Source of the DNA: an uncultured Desulfurococcales archaeon
GTDB taxonomy: Archaea > Thermoproteota > Thermoprotei_A > CAZTBM01 > SZUA-1508
Length of the DNA stretch: 64,000 bases
NCBI GenBank assembly: GCA_964611985.1
Contig: CAZTBM010000005.1
Coordinates: forward strand, 12,403 to 76,402
Direction of reading: 5' to 3'
Part shown: positions 19,135 through 27,771 of the stretch, piece after piece
How the letters are laid out: the number at the start of each line of letters is the position of its first letter
How positions within the stretch are numbered: the stretch's first letter is position 1
Program-made: the position numbers and the translations under genes
Notes under the pieces: generated by a model
Seen by the model: the letters and a program-made list of their open reading frames with translations, nothing else
Databases searched by the model: none
What the model was told of the DNA's origin: nothing

Positions 19135-19279
19135 TGGCGGGCCCGCCGGGATTTGAACCCGGGACCTACGGGTTTCCCCTGACCCACCCCTCCTGTAGGA
19201 GGGTGGGTTTCATTAAGAGCCTCGACCAACCGGCATGAGCCGGTTGTCCGTCGCTCTAACCAGGCTGAGCTACGGGCCC
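19135..19279 (-). tRNA. tRNA-Lys (anticodon CUU) with two introns and genomically encoded CCA
   Basis: Exons assemble to GGGCCCG TA GCTC AGCCTGGTTA GAGC G ACGGG CTCTTAA CCCGT AGGTC CCGGG TTCAAAT CCCGG CGGGCCC G CCA. Intron 1 (~27 nt, 19221-19247) lies in the anticodon stem (29/30 or 30/31) and intron 2 (40 nt, 19174-19213) at the canonical 37/38 site. Each intron contains a GC hairpin. Confidence 0.85.
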
Positions 19280-19307
19280 TCGTTATGTTAGATTTATGTG
19301 GGGGGTT

Positions 19308-20126
19308 TTAAGTGTTTCTTGTTTTAGCTTGTAATTGACTATGTATAAATTTTACTGTATCTATATCTACTTCTTCACTATAAAATCCATTCTTGCAACT
19401 GTACTCTAAAATTCCTACAGTTAAGTTACCTACTTTTATGTATTTTAGGTGATTCTGAGATGAAGGTATAACCATAATTAATGATTTCATAATATTTATC
19501 TCCCTAATTGTGCTCACCTCTTTTATCAGGTTGCGCACGGAATATATTAGAGCCTTACTCTTTGGTAAAAGAGCCAAGAAGCTTATGTTCATGTTTATTT
19601 CTTCTATTAATTTTAGAATTACGTGTAAAGGCATCCTTGTTGATACAGCTTTCCCCTTGATTACACCATTACAGGTCGTTATATGATATTCTGAAACATA
19701 ATACGTATTATATTCTTCTATTTTTTGATAACATTCCCTAACTTTTACTAGGTATCCTTTGGAATTATTACCATATTTAATTAGCATTCCTTTACCAATG
19801 ACCCTACCATTGTTATCGACTATGAACACTCTTTTGTTATGTAAATTTATATCTTTAAACCAGTTTATTACGGTATAAATGTCATTATAGTTTAATGATT
19901 CACATATTAATCCGCCAGCTTCGTCAACAGGCAATATTATGAAGATATCACCGTTTTTGTAAATCTCGCATACGAGAACTGGTATTCCACCATGTGTAAA
20001 GCGCTCTTCGAATGTAATACCATAATCTTCTTTTATAGTTTTTAAAAGACTAGTATAAATACCATCAATACACACAGATTTACAAAGGTTCATAAACTTA
20101 TGGTCTATCTGCATTATACTATACAC
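19308..20126 (-). CDS. hypothetical protein
   Basis: 272-aa ORF with no recognisable motif. Confidence 0.45.
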   Translation of the reverse strand: MYSIMQIDHKFMNLCKSVCIDGIYTSLLKTIKEDYGITFEERFTHGGIPVLVCEIYKNGDIFIILPVDEAGGLICESLNYNDIYTVINWFKDINLHNKRVFIVDNNGRVIGKGMLIKYGNNSKGYLVKVRECYQKIEEYNTYYVSEYHITTCNGVIKGKAVSTRMPLHVILKLIEEINMNISFLALLPKSKALIYSVRNLIKEVSTIREINIMKSLIMVIPSSQNHLKYIKVGNLTVGILEYSCKNGFYSEEVDIDTVKFIHSQLQAKTRNT

Positions 20127-20436
20127 CCTATAAAATTATAAATTTCGAGTGAATGAAATATATTACTGGATGATGAAGCCGACATAGGCGTTAACTATTG
20201 GGATGTCGAGGGGTCGATTGACTGACAATAATCTAATGCCAAGAGGGGAGGGAGATTAAGAAAATAATTTGCCCTTATTGTGGTTTTAGTGGTCAACCTA
20301 AAGACTATTGGCTTCTTTATGAAGGTGAAGTACTTATTGACCAATATAGTCTTGCTGTTGAAGGCTCAAGTAAGGGACTTGTACTTATTTGTCCACGGTG
20401 TAATAAAGCATTCACCATTGAGGAATAATATGTTAT

Positions 20437-20952
20437 CTAATGCTTCTCATCCCAATGGCTCACTCCTTTAATCATGTTAATTACATGATCTACCTCGGGT
20501 AAAAGTATTTCCTCGAGAGCCAACTCAACTGCCCCAGTGCTTCCAGGTACGACAACAATCAGAGCATTATGGTATATTCCAGCTATTGCTCGTGAGAGCC
20601 AAGTTCTTGAACCAATCTTCTGATATGAAAGCATGCGAAAGAGTTCTCCAAAACCCGGAATCTCTTTTTCAAAGAGGGGTTTAACAGCTTCAACAGTTAC
20701 ATCTCTAGGTCCTATACCAGATCCGCCAATTAATATGATAATTTTGCATCCTTTGTCTAAGGCTTTTCCTAAAGTATTTCTTATCTTCTTGATGTCGTTT
20801 GGTACAATTTCATAATATGATACTTTATATCCTTCTTTTTCAATTGTTTCTTTAGCTTTTAAACCACTAGCATCCTTGGCCAATCCTTTGAATATTCTGT
20901 CACTTACAACTATAACTCCAAAGACCACATATAACCCTCCAACGTGTTTCAC
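20437..20952 (-). CDS. moaB: molybdenum cofactor biosynthesis protein B (MoaB/MogA family)
   Basis: MoCF_biosynth pattern: VIVVSDR, IILIGGSGIGPRDVT and VVVPGSTGAVELALEE. Confidence 0.85.
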   Translation of the reverse strand: MKHVGGLYVVFGVIVVSDRIFKGLAKDASGLKAKETIEKEGYKVSYYEIVPNDIKKIRNTLGKALDKGCKIIILIGGSGIGPRDVTVEAVKPLFEKEIPGFGELFRMLSYQKIGSRTWLSRAIAGIYHNALIVVVPGSTGAVELALEEILLPEVDHVINMIKGVSHWDEKH

Positions 20953-20955
20953 TAC

Positions 20956-21372
20956 TTATTTATGATTGTTAATGCGCTTAACTTTTACTATTAGGCCTTC
21001 TCTCTTAACAATTATAACTTTGGCTCCTTTAGGTATTGCACTTTTTCCATCAACATTTTCTGCTTGCCATAGTACTCCATCTACTAAAATTAGCCCTCTA
21101 GGATTAAGTTCCTCGACAACCTCTCCTTCCTTACCAATAATCTCACAGTAACTTGATCTAATCAGAGCTTGATATGCACTGTAGAAGAGTAATATGAGAA
21201 TTAGAGAGCTTACAACTGCTACTACAAGTATTAGAATTAGCGGTAATCTAGCCAAAATTAATAATATGATTACGGCTATGGCAATCACTGCCTCATCTAA
21301 TATAGATAAAAGTGCTTTGTAAAAATTATCCTTTAACCGCTTTAACATTGACTTTCTACCTCTACTAACCAT
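20956..21372 (-). CDS. NfeD-like membrane protein (TM region + C-terminal OB-fold)
   Basis: Two to three N-terminal TM helices, then GKEGEVVEELNPRGLILVDGVLWQAENVDG...AKVIIVKREGLIVKV, typical of the NfeD C-terminus. Confidence 0.7.
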   Translation of the reverse strand: MVSRGRKSMLKRLKDNFYKALLSILDEAVIAIAVIILLILARLPLILILVVAVVSSLILILLFYSAYQALIRSSYCEIIGKEGEVVEELNPRGLILVDGVLWQAENVDGKSAIPKGAKVIIVKREGLIVKVKRINNHK

Positions 21373-21518
21373 ACTTTACAGCATATAGGGTAACACCACT
21401 TTACTTGGATATTGCTGTGTACAGCTCTTTTAATAGTCCCGGTATCTAAGAATAGTAGTAGAGCAATCGTATTTATTAATATAAAACAATTAAGATTAGA
21501 TAGGGAGAACAAACCAAG

Positions 21519-22793
21519 ATGGAGCAAGGAATGCACACATCACCAATAATCAATGATGTTAAGGTAATAACTAGGGAGATAAGTAAACTTAGAAATTATA
21601 ATGTAAGGTGGAATATACAAGCCCGTCTAGACGAGTTCCTAAACGTTAGAGGCGAGTATGATGTCGATGTAGAATTCTTAGGGACTAAGGTTATTAGTGA
21701 ATTGGAATTTCACAATCCGCCTCCAATAGTAGCTATAGATGGCAGCAATAGAAACATAGACACACCTTATGCTTTCACCACAATAGCGTCCGGTTCAATA
21801 GTATCAGAAAGATTAGGAGTATTGTTAGATTATCCAGCTGCATGGTTTAACTATCCAGTAAACACTAAAGAAATAAACATACCTTACATTGGTATTGCAC
21901 CTGATGCCGATAACGTAATATTAAATTTACCTCCATCAGCTACACAGTATAGTCCTGTAGGTAAAATCTATGACAGCAATTATAATAGACATCAAGTAAT
22001 AGACGAAATTAGGGTCAGGGTAGAAAATACGCTTCTAGGTCTCATACCCAAAATTGATGCAAAGACATTTATAGGTTTAAGACATAGGGTCGTCATTATT
22101 GATGGCCCATTATACCATATTCCTAGAGGACTCTTTGATCAAGCGGTTGAAGAATACTACATTAGAGCATGGAGAAAACTAGTTCAAGATAGAATAAGGA
22201 CACTTACGAAGTTAGATGCAAAAAGGATAGTTGCAATAGGCGTAGTAAAGCGAATTGAGAAATCAAAAATACTTACTAAATCACAGGAATTCAAGTATCA
22301 AGTTAAGAACATGATTAAAGTTAATATTTCAGGAGAAAACGACCTAGTAATAGTTGATAAACTGATAAGTGAAGCATTAGCAAATAATATAATCCATACA
22401 CCCTTGAAACCATTCTTAATAGGACCATTTAAAGTAAAAACAAGTATAGGGAGAGTATTAGGAGTAAAAAATGCACCATTGAAGATTATAGGTTATGTGC
22501 TCATACCATATCATCCTTACAGCCTTCTTAATCATAGAGTTTTAAGGGTTGAAATATCTGAAACCATGTACAAAATTTTCGATGACGTTATTTTCTCATG
22601 GATAGCTTATGATGCAATAAATTATTCTACAACCATTCCGTACTCTCTACACTTAGCCCATAGTAGATGTAATAAATGGTGTACTATGCTTTTCACATAT
22701 TATACAAGTTACTACTCAAATGCAGGCATACCTTTAACCTATGATACCAAATTACAATTCTTACAGGTGAGATCAGAGTATGAGCTCAAGTGA
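21519..22793 (+). CDS. nurA: NurA-like nuclease (RNase H-fold 5'-3' nuclease family)
   Basis: IVAIDGSNRN (catalytic Asp motif) and VVIIDGPLYHIP. It is translationally coupled (14-nt overlap) to a HerA-like ATPase. Confidence 0.65.
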   Translation: MEQGMHTSPIINDVKVITREISKLRNYNVRWNIQARLDEFLNVRGEYDVDVEFLGTKVISELEFHNPPPIVAIDGSNRNIDTPYAFTTIASGSIVSERLGVLLDYPAAWFNYPVNTKEINIPYIGIAPDADNVILNLPPSATQYSPVGKIYDSNYNRHQVIDEIRVRVENTLLGLIPKIDAKTFIGLRHRVVIIDGPLYHIPRGLFDQAVEEYYIRAWRKLVQDRIRTLTKLDAKRIVAIGVVKRIEKSKILTKSQEFKYQVKNMIKVNISGENDLVIVDKLISEALANNIIHTPLKPFLIGPFKVKTSIGRVLGVKNAPLKIIGYVLIPYHPYSLLNHRVLRVEISETMYKIFDDVIFSWIAYDAINYSTTIPYSLHLAHSRCNKWCTMLFTYYTSYYSNAGIPLTYDTKLQFLQVRSEYELK

Positions 22794-24801
22794 TATAGCG
22801 AAAGCCTATATCGAGGCTAAAGCTAGACTAGAGAAAGCACTTAAATCGGCATCAGAGTATGGTGAAATAGTAGGTTTTGTGTCAAGGTTTACACCATCAA
22901 GAGTTGATGAGTCCTCTCCATTAATTCAATTTGATGTTGATCCTTATCAATACTTCCTTAAATTTGATAGTATAGCCGCAACTGGTACCTACCTTGCTGT
23001 TATAGATGTGAAATCCGGCCATGTAATCAGCCTTAGAGTTAAGGGTGTTGAAAGAAGAGATATAATGGCTGAAATAGGAGTTCCAGATTCTTCGGGCTTA
23101 ACCCCTAAGCTTGATGCTTCAGGTTTAATAACTAGAGCTAGAGTAAAAGCAGAGCCTTTACTTGCGTGGAATCCTGAGACAGATGAAATTAAAGCCGCTA
23201 CATGTGTGATTGAACCTCAATCTCCTGTTATTAAACCTAAGCCTGAGGTATTAGAGAAGATTCTAGGACTACCATCTGAGGGTGTTGTCCTAGGCTCCTT
23301 AACTATGGCTGAGGAAGTTGTCGAAGGAGCTAAGGTAAGGTTGCCTCTTAAAGCTTTTTATCAACACATATTGGTCCTTGGGACTACAGGCTCAGGTAAA
23401 ACTACATTTATGAAGAATCTTATAGTTTCGCTTCTAAATATGAAAGAATACTCAATAAAACCTTTCAATATGAAACCTACGGTTATAGTTATTGATTCAA
23501 CAAGAGATTATGTGCACATGATGCTAGATAGACTCTGGGAAGAGACACCGAATATAAATTTAGAACATGAGACAAAACTTGCAAGAACAATTTATGGTGA
23601 TATTGAACCTCCCTCCAAGGTTACAGTAATAGTACCTGTCACCAAGATACTTATAGGAAAACTACATGAGTATAGCAAAAACAAAGGCATAACAATCAGA
23701 GATTCCATAACAGCTTTCGAAATGCTAGCGAGATACTATTTTGAAGTCACATATAGCAGAGTGATAACTGATATACTATTAGGCTCAATAGACGAAGTTG
23801 AGGTAAAGATTAGTGGATATCAACCTAGAAGAATTGCAACATTAAAAGTTAAGTATCAAGTTAGAGGAAGAAGTAGAGAAATAATAATAAACATATTACC
23901 TTATGCCTTTAGGTTTACAGAGGTTAAAGGAAGTGAACTTGCAGAACTTAATCCCTTCCTTACAAGCCAGGCTAGAGATCAGCTTCCACGAATAATACTA
24001 GCTTTTGAAAGACATAATATTAAAATTAATACTTTAAAGGATTTAATTGATCTACTTAGGGAGAGTGTCAGAGGAAAACGTGAGAGACGCGGCTTAGAAG
24101 AGAAATCACCTTTAAGTGACATAATATATCACGAACTAGGCATACATAAAGGTACAGTTGAGAATATTATTAGAAACCTTGGAGTCCTAGATGATAGCGG
24201 AATATTCGATGTTATCTTAGGGAATGAATACGTCTATGAACCCGACCTAAACTGGCTTCTAGAACAATCACCTGGAAACCTAATAATATTGGACTTAGAA
24301 TTCCTTAGAGAACATACACCAATAATGGCAGGTAACGTTGAAAGTATCGTAGCACTCAGAATGCTTCACAGAGCGTTTAAATGGAAGATGACCAAGTATG
24401 CCCAAAGGGAGCGTAGTCAACCAGTTATAGTCGTTGTCGATGAAGCTCACAGATTCTTTCCCGCAGTAGGTGGAGGTGAAGGTGAGTACGTTGTCCAAGT
24501 AGCTAATATGTTAGCCTCTATAGCTAGACTTGGTAGAGCTAGAGGATTAGGTATAATCTTTGCCACGCATTCACCAAAGGACGTTCACGATATTGTACTA
24601 CAATTAACGAATACGAAGGTTATTTTTAGAATGGATCCTGCATTAGTAGATAGACTTGACCTACCTAGTGAGTATAAGAGGTTCATAGTTAGAGTAAGTG
24701 ATAGAGTGGCTATTGTGAAATCACATATGCTAAGATTATCATATGTCACCATAAAAACGCCATTACCATTAGCAGGGCACTTTGACCTATCAGCTCTTTG
24801 A
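22780..24801 (+). CDS. herA: HerA/FtsK-superfamily hexameric ATPase-helicase, long form
   Basis: N-terminal HAS-barrel-like region, Walker A LGTTGSGKTT (aa ~200), Walker B VIVVVDEAHRF (aa ~550) and IIFATHSPKDV. Confidence 0.8.
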   Translation: MSSSDIAKAYIEAKARLEKALKSASEYGEIVGFVSRFTPSRVDESSPLIQFDVDPYQYFLKFDSIAATGTYLAVIDVKSGHVISLRVKGVERRDIMAEIGVPDSSGLTPKLDASGLITRARVKAEPLLAWNPETDEIKAATCVIEPQSPVIKPKPEVLEKILGLPSEGVVLGSLTMAEEVVEGAKVRLPLKAFYQHILVLGTTGSGKTTFMKNLIVSLLNMKEYSIKPFNMKPTVIVIDSTRDYVHMMLDRLWEETPNINLEHETKLARTIYGDIEPPSKVTVIVPVTKILIGKLHEYSKNKGITIRDSITAFEMLARYYFEVTYSRVITDILLGSIDEVEVKISGYQPRRIATLKVKYQVRGRSREIIINILPYAFRFTEVKGSELAELNPFLTSQARDQLPRIILAFERHNIKINTLKDLIDLLRESVRGKRERRGLEEKSPLSDIIYHELGIHKGTVENIIRNLGVLDDSGIFDVILGNEYVYEPDLNWLLEQSPGNLIILDLEFLREHTPIMAGNVESIVALRMLHRAFKWKMTKYAQRERSQPVIVVVDEAHRFFPAVGGGEGEYVVQVANMLASIARLGRARGLGIIFATHSPKDVHDIVLQLTNTKVIFRMDPALVDRLDLPSEYKRFIVRVSDRVAIVKSHMLRLSYVTIKTPLPLAGHFDLSAL

Positions 24802-24864
24802 TAGTAGAGTAGGATTTAAATTTAATAACCTATAAATGCTACCATAGACGAGAGTGATAAGAAA

Positions 24865-25020
24865 ATGATAGTCGTATGTCCCAAGTGTGGATTCAAGTTC
24901 GATGCATCTTACGCTAGAGCATATTCATGTAAGTCCTGTCCCGTACTATTAACTAGCCTGACATGCAACTATATTAAATGCCCTCGTTGCGGTTATGAAT
25001 TTAGAATATATCAGCCCTAA
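24865..25020 (+). CDS. small 8-Cys double zinc-ribbon protein
   Basis: 51-aa ORF below the track cutoff: MIVVCPKCGFKFDASYARAYSCKSCPVLLTSLTCNYIKCPRCGYEFRIYQP. It starts 64 nt downstream of herA on the same strand. Confidence 0.45.
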   Translation: MIVVCPKCGFKFDASYARAYSCKSCPVLLTSLTCNYIKCPRCGYEFRIYQP

Positions 25021-25064
25021 AGCGAGTCGTCATTGAGTCGGCTCCTGCCGGACTCATCATATTT
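25008..25064 (-). ncRNA. C/D box sRNA (2'-O-methylation guide)
   Basis: The minus strand reads ATGATGA(C)-GTCCGGCAGGAG(12)-CCGA(D')-CTCA-ATGACGA(C')-CTCGCTTTAGGG(12)-CTGA(D), the canonical archaeal box order with 12-nt guides. Confidence 0.7.
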
Positions 25065-25149
25065 ACATGTCCCGTCATATCTAATAGACCACATAGCTAG
25101 TTATATGATTTTTCATCTATGTTAAAGATTTATAACGGGATAGCCCCAC

Positions 25150-25866
25150 TCAAGCTCGTTTACTCTTACCTATATAGAATGATATTATCGATGCTAATAA
25201 GACTATCATACACATTAGTAAAAGTGATCTCTCTGACCATTCTTGAACTACAGTTACCGTCACCGTCTCCCTCTTATACTCCGTTATAGTTCTTATAATG
25301 TCTGTAACGATTACTCCATACGATTTCTGGGTTGAACCCCTGTCATAAACTTTAAAGTTGCCAACGTACATTTCTTTACCATCTACTATTATCCAGACAT
25401 CACAAACAACATTAGACTTATGAATACTATTTTTCAAGACTTCCCAAGCTGCTGAAGCAGGTTCTTTGAGGATCCATAGCAAATAGCTTGTATAAGCTGG
25501 CTTTCCGGGATTGCATTCAAGAGAGGCCCCAACATGAAACGTTGCATTATTATAAACTATCTTTCCACTACTTTTAATTTTGAATTTTAGACCTTGAGCT
25601 GACATATTTATATATCTTAATATTCCATCACATGTTTGCCACCGCGAATTCTTATAACACTCTATAGTATCTATCTTGACACCATATACTATTTTAAGAG
25701 AGCCAATAACCTCCTTTTGCTTATTTAAGATAGTTATTTCTGTTATTTGTTGTATATCCCCCTTATGAGCTAAAGTTCTGAGAGGGGCCAAAGCTGATAA
25801 TACCATCAGTAGAAGGAGTAACACGTATATGGAATATTGCTTTTTCTTATACCATCCTTTACTCAT
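25150..25866 (-). CDS. membrane-anchored extracellular protein (signal peptide + C-terminal TM), unknown function
   Basis: N-terminal YSIYVLLLLLMVLSALAPLRTLA, a ~170-aa Cys-containing ectodomain and C-terminal SLLLMCMIVLLASIISFYIGKSKRA. There is a 4-nt ATGA overlap with the upstream gene. Confidence 0.55.
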   Translation of the reverse strand: MSKGWYKKKQYSIYVLLLLLMVLSALAPLRTLAHKGDIQQITEITILNKQKEVIGSLKIVYGVKIDTIECYKNSRWQTCDGILRYINMSAQGLKFKIKSSGKIVYNNATFHVGASLECNPGKPAYTSYLLWILKEPASAAWEVLKNSIHKSNVVCDVWIIVDGKEMYVGNFKVYDRGSTQKSYGVIVTDIIRTITEYKRETVTVTVVQEWSERSLLLMCMIVLLASIISFYIGKSKRA

Positions 25867-26189
25867 TCTAGTTCACTACACCATCTTGGTCTACGACCAT
25901 TAAAGAAGTCTATTAAACATTGTATAGCTTTTTGTATAGGTAATTCACCTATAAGATCTTCATCATAATTTTTATCATAATATCTAACTTGGTAAATATC
26001 TTCAGAGAGCCTTGTAAATTCTAGAAATGAACCATCTTGATTGAGAAAACCCACCATTTGAGGTATTTCAACTGTTTCGGGCGATATTTCTAATTCGTCC
26101 ACCAAAATCATAGCATCCTCTAATGTTATTAACCCCTTTTCTTCAATTTCTGGTGAGTCTTCTTCTTGTATATACCATGTTATTCTCAT
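25863..26189 (-). CDS. small highly acidic cytoplasmic protein, unknown function
   Basis: 108 aa, rich in Asp/Glu. It is translationally coupled to the downstream membrane protein gene. Confidence 0.5.
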   Translation of the reverse strand: MRITWYIQEEDSPEIEEKGLITLEDAMILVDELEISPETVEIPQMVGFLNQDGSFLEFTRLSEDIYQVRYYDKNYDEDLIGELPIQKAIQCLIDFFNGRRPRWCSELE

Positions 26190-26221
26190 ACTACATTACA
26201 CCATTTTAAACCAATTATTTT

Positions 26222-26256
26222 AAGTCTAGAAGCACCTACCTTGTGCTTCTAGACTT
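26222..26256. promoter_or_regulatory. perfect 14-bp inverted repeat (candidate operator) in a divergent promoter region
   Basis: AAGTCTAGAAGCAC-ctacctt-GTGCTTCTAGACTT. It lies 33-67 nt upstream of the minus-strand gene start at 26189, next to a TATA-like TTAAAATAA on the minus strand, and about 140 nt upstream of the wHTH gene at 26394. Confidence 0.4.
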
Positions 26257-26393
26257 CTTCACCATAGGGTTTAGAATAACCCTACTCTGAGATCCTTGTA
26301 CGAATTTCAAAAAGAGGAAACAATATATTAAGTTTACTCACTCACAAGTGAATGTCAGTAAGTAATACTAAAATGATAGCCTAAGGGACATAT

Positions 26394-26816
26394 TTGGGAG
26401 GCTTAAAAATGAGATGGCCAAAGAAAAGAGAATTTATTATGTATTATCTAATTTTCAGAGTGTTTGGATGCAAAAAAGTCAATATCGGTAATATAATTGA
26501 TATCCTGAGCCCCTTCCTAAGTAGGAAAAACGCTTATCGTATTATTAAAAGATTAAAACAATTAGGCTTATTAAGACAGATCGATAAATTAACCTATGAG
26601 GTTGTCGATTTACAGGAATATTTAGACCGTGTAGCTGCCAGCTATATTACTCAAAGATTAATAAAGACAATTAAGTCAAGTGGTGCAAGTATAACAGTTA
26701 TGAAGAATGATGACAAGATAATAATTAAGGGTCCCAATGTCGATAAATTTAGTGTACTTACTTTAATACCATTTATGAAAGTTGATTTAATTAGAGATAA
26801 AGAGCTTATAGGTTAA
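26394..26816 (+). CDS. winged-helix DNA-binding protein
   Basis: IIDILSPFLSRKNAYRIIKRLKQLGLLRQID resembles a wHTH recognition helix plus wing. The likely true start is MRWPKK at 26409. Confidence 0.5.
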   Translation: MGGLKMRWPKKREFIMYYLIFRVFGCKKVNIGNIIDILSPFLSRKNAYRIIKRLKQLGLLRQIDKLTYEVVDLQEYLDRVAASYITQRLIKTIKSSGASITVMKNDDKIIIKGPNVDKFSVLTLIPFMKVDLIRDKELIG

Positions 26817-26849
26817 TTCCTCATAAATAACAAATCCTTTATATAAGCT

Positions 26850-27212
26850 ATGTACTACTCTATATTGCAGGGTTCTAGCATGTCTTTAGAGGGCGAGGAA
26901 AAGAAGAGAGTAGCAATATTCCAGGGTGAAGCTAAGGTAGGTGAGGTTATACCAGCCTTTGCTCAAATACAATTAAGACCTGAAGACTTCACTAGCCCAG
27001 TAAGCCTTCAAATGGCTCTTTCAAGAATCTATGAGGCTTTAATGAATGCTGTACAACGTGGGCCCGAAAAGAAGTACATTGCTGAAGTAAAGTTCAAGGA
27101 CGCTCTTGGTAATGTTATTGCTTTTGCCATAGATTTAGGGTCTTCCCCACCCCCATTTACTAAGAGGGAAGTAAAAGCTAGAATACTCGTTGAGATCTTT
27201 GAAGAAGAGTGA
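26850..27212 (+). CDS. hypothetical protein
   Basis: 120-aa ORF (probable start MSLEGEEKK). No motif recognised. Confidence 0.45.
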   Translation: MYYSILQGSSMSLEGEEKKRVAIFQGEAKVGEVIPAFAQIQLRPEDFTSPVSLQMALSRIYEALMNAVQRGPEKKYIAEVKFKDALGNVIAFAIDLGSSPPPFTKREVKARILVEIFEEE

Positions 27213-27325
27213 AAGTTTAATACTTTTTAATTTAGTTTCATACACTTTATTTCCTAGCTTAAATGGGTGTTCAGCAACCCTTTTAACTAGGTTTACACAA
27301 GCCTATAAGGCGTTTACTTTAACTT

Positions 27326-27739
27326 ATGTTTAGCCTACTAACCTTAATCCTAGGTGTTAGTGTGGCAAAGGGTAATAGCGAGAACAACGATGTATGCCCC
27401 TACTTTAAATATGGTCAATGTCTCTTGGTACCCGTACATTTGGCCTATGTGGTGGTTGATCTACATAGATGTAGAAGTGGCTGGCGTACATGTAAGTATT
27501 ACTTAAACATGGGTGGTGGAAAAATCACTGAAGAACGTATTCTTAGAGGTAATGGAACTCTAGAAGACTTCGTCCAGAAAGTTAGTCAAATTTCACTAAA
27601 TAGTAATAATGCTAAGAAGCGTAAGAGAAAATCGCTTGAAACCTTCATTAACGATAAGACTAAAACTGATAAAGATGAGAAAGCAAAATATATGAAGCTA
27701 AAGAAGCTTCTTGAATCGCTTACAACCACTAATGATTAA
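27326..27739 (+). CDS. hypothetical protein with Cys cluster and Lys-rich tail
   Basis: CPYFKYGQC...CRSGWRTCKYY followed by KKRKRK and a KTDKDEKAKYMKLKK tail. Confidence 0.4.
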   Translation: MFSLLTLILGVSVAKGNSENNDVCPYFKYGQCLLVPVHLAYVVVDLHRCRSGWRTCKYYLNMGGGKITEERILRGNGTLEDFVQKVSQISLNSNNAKKRKRKSLETFINDKTKTDKDEKAKYMKLKKLLESLTTTND

Positions 27740-27771
27740 TTCTTGATAATAAATCTAGAGAAAATAATAAC

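Noticed and set aside
20280-20471. 63-aa plus-strand track ORF
   Set aside because: A different frame over the same DNA encodes a clean CxxC...CxxC protein. This frame also runs into the moaB 3' end.
21519-24801. Calling this the canonical DNA end-resection herA-nurA operon
   Set aside because: No mre11 or rad50 gene is adjacent and HerA is atypically long, so I kept it as a NurA/HerA-family pair of uncertain role.
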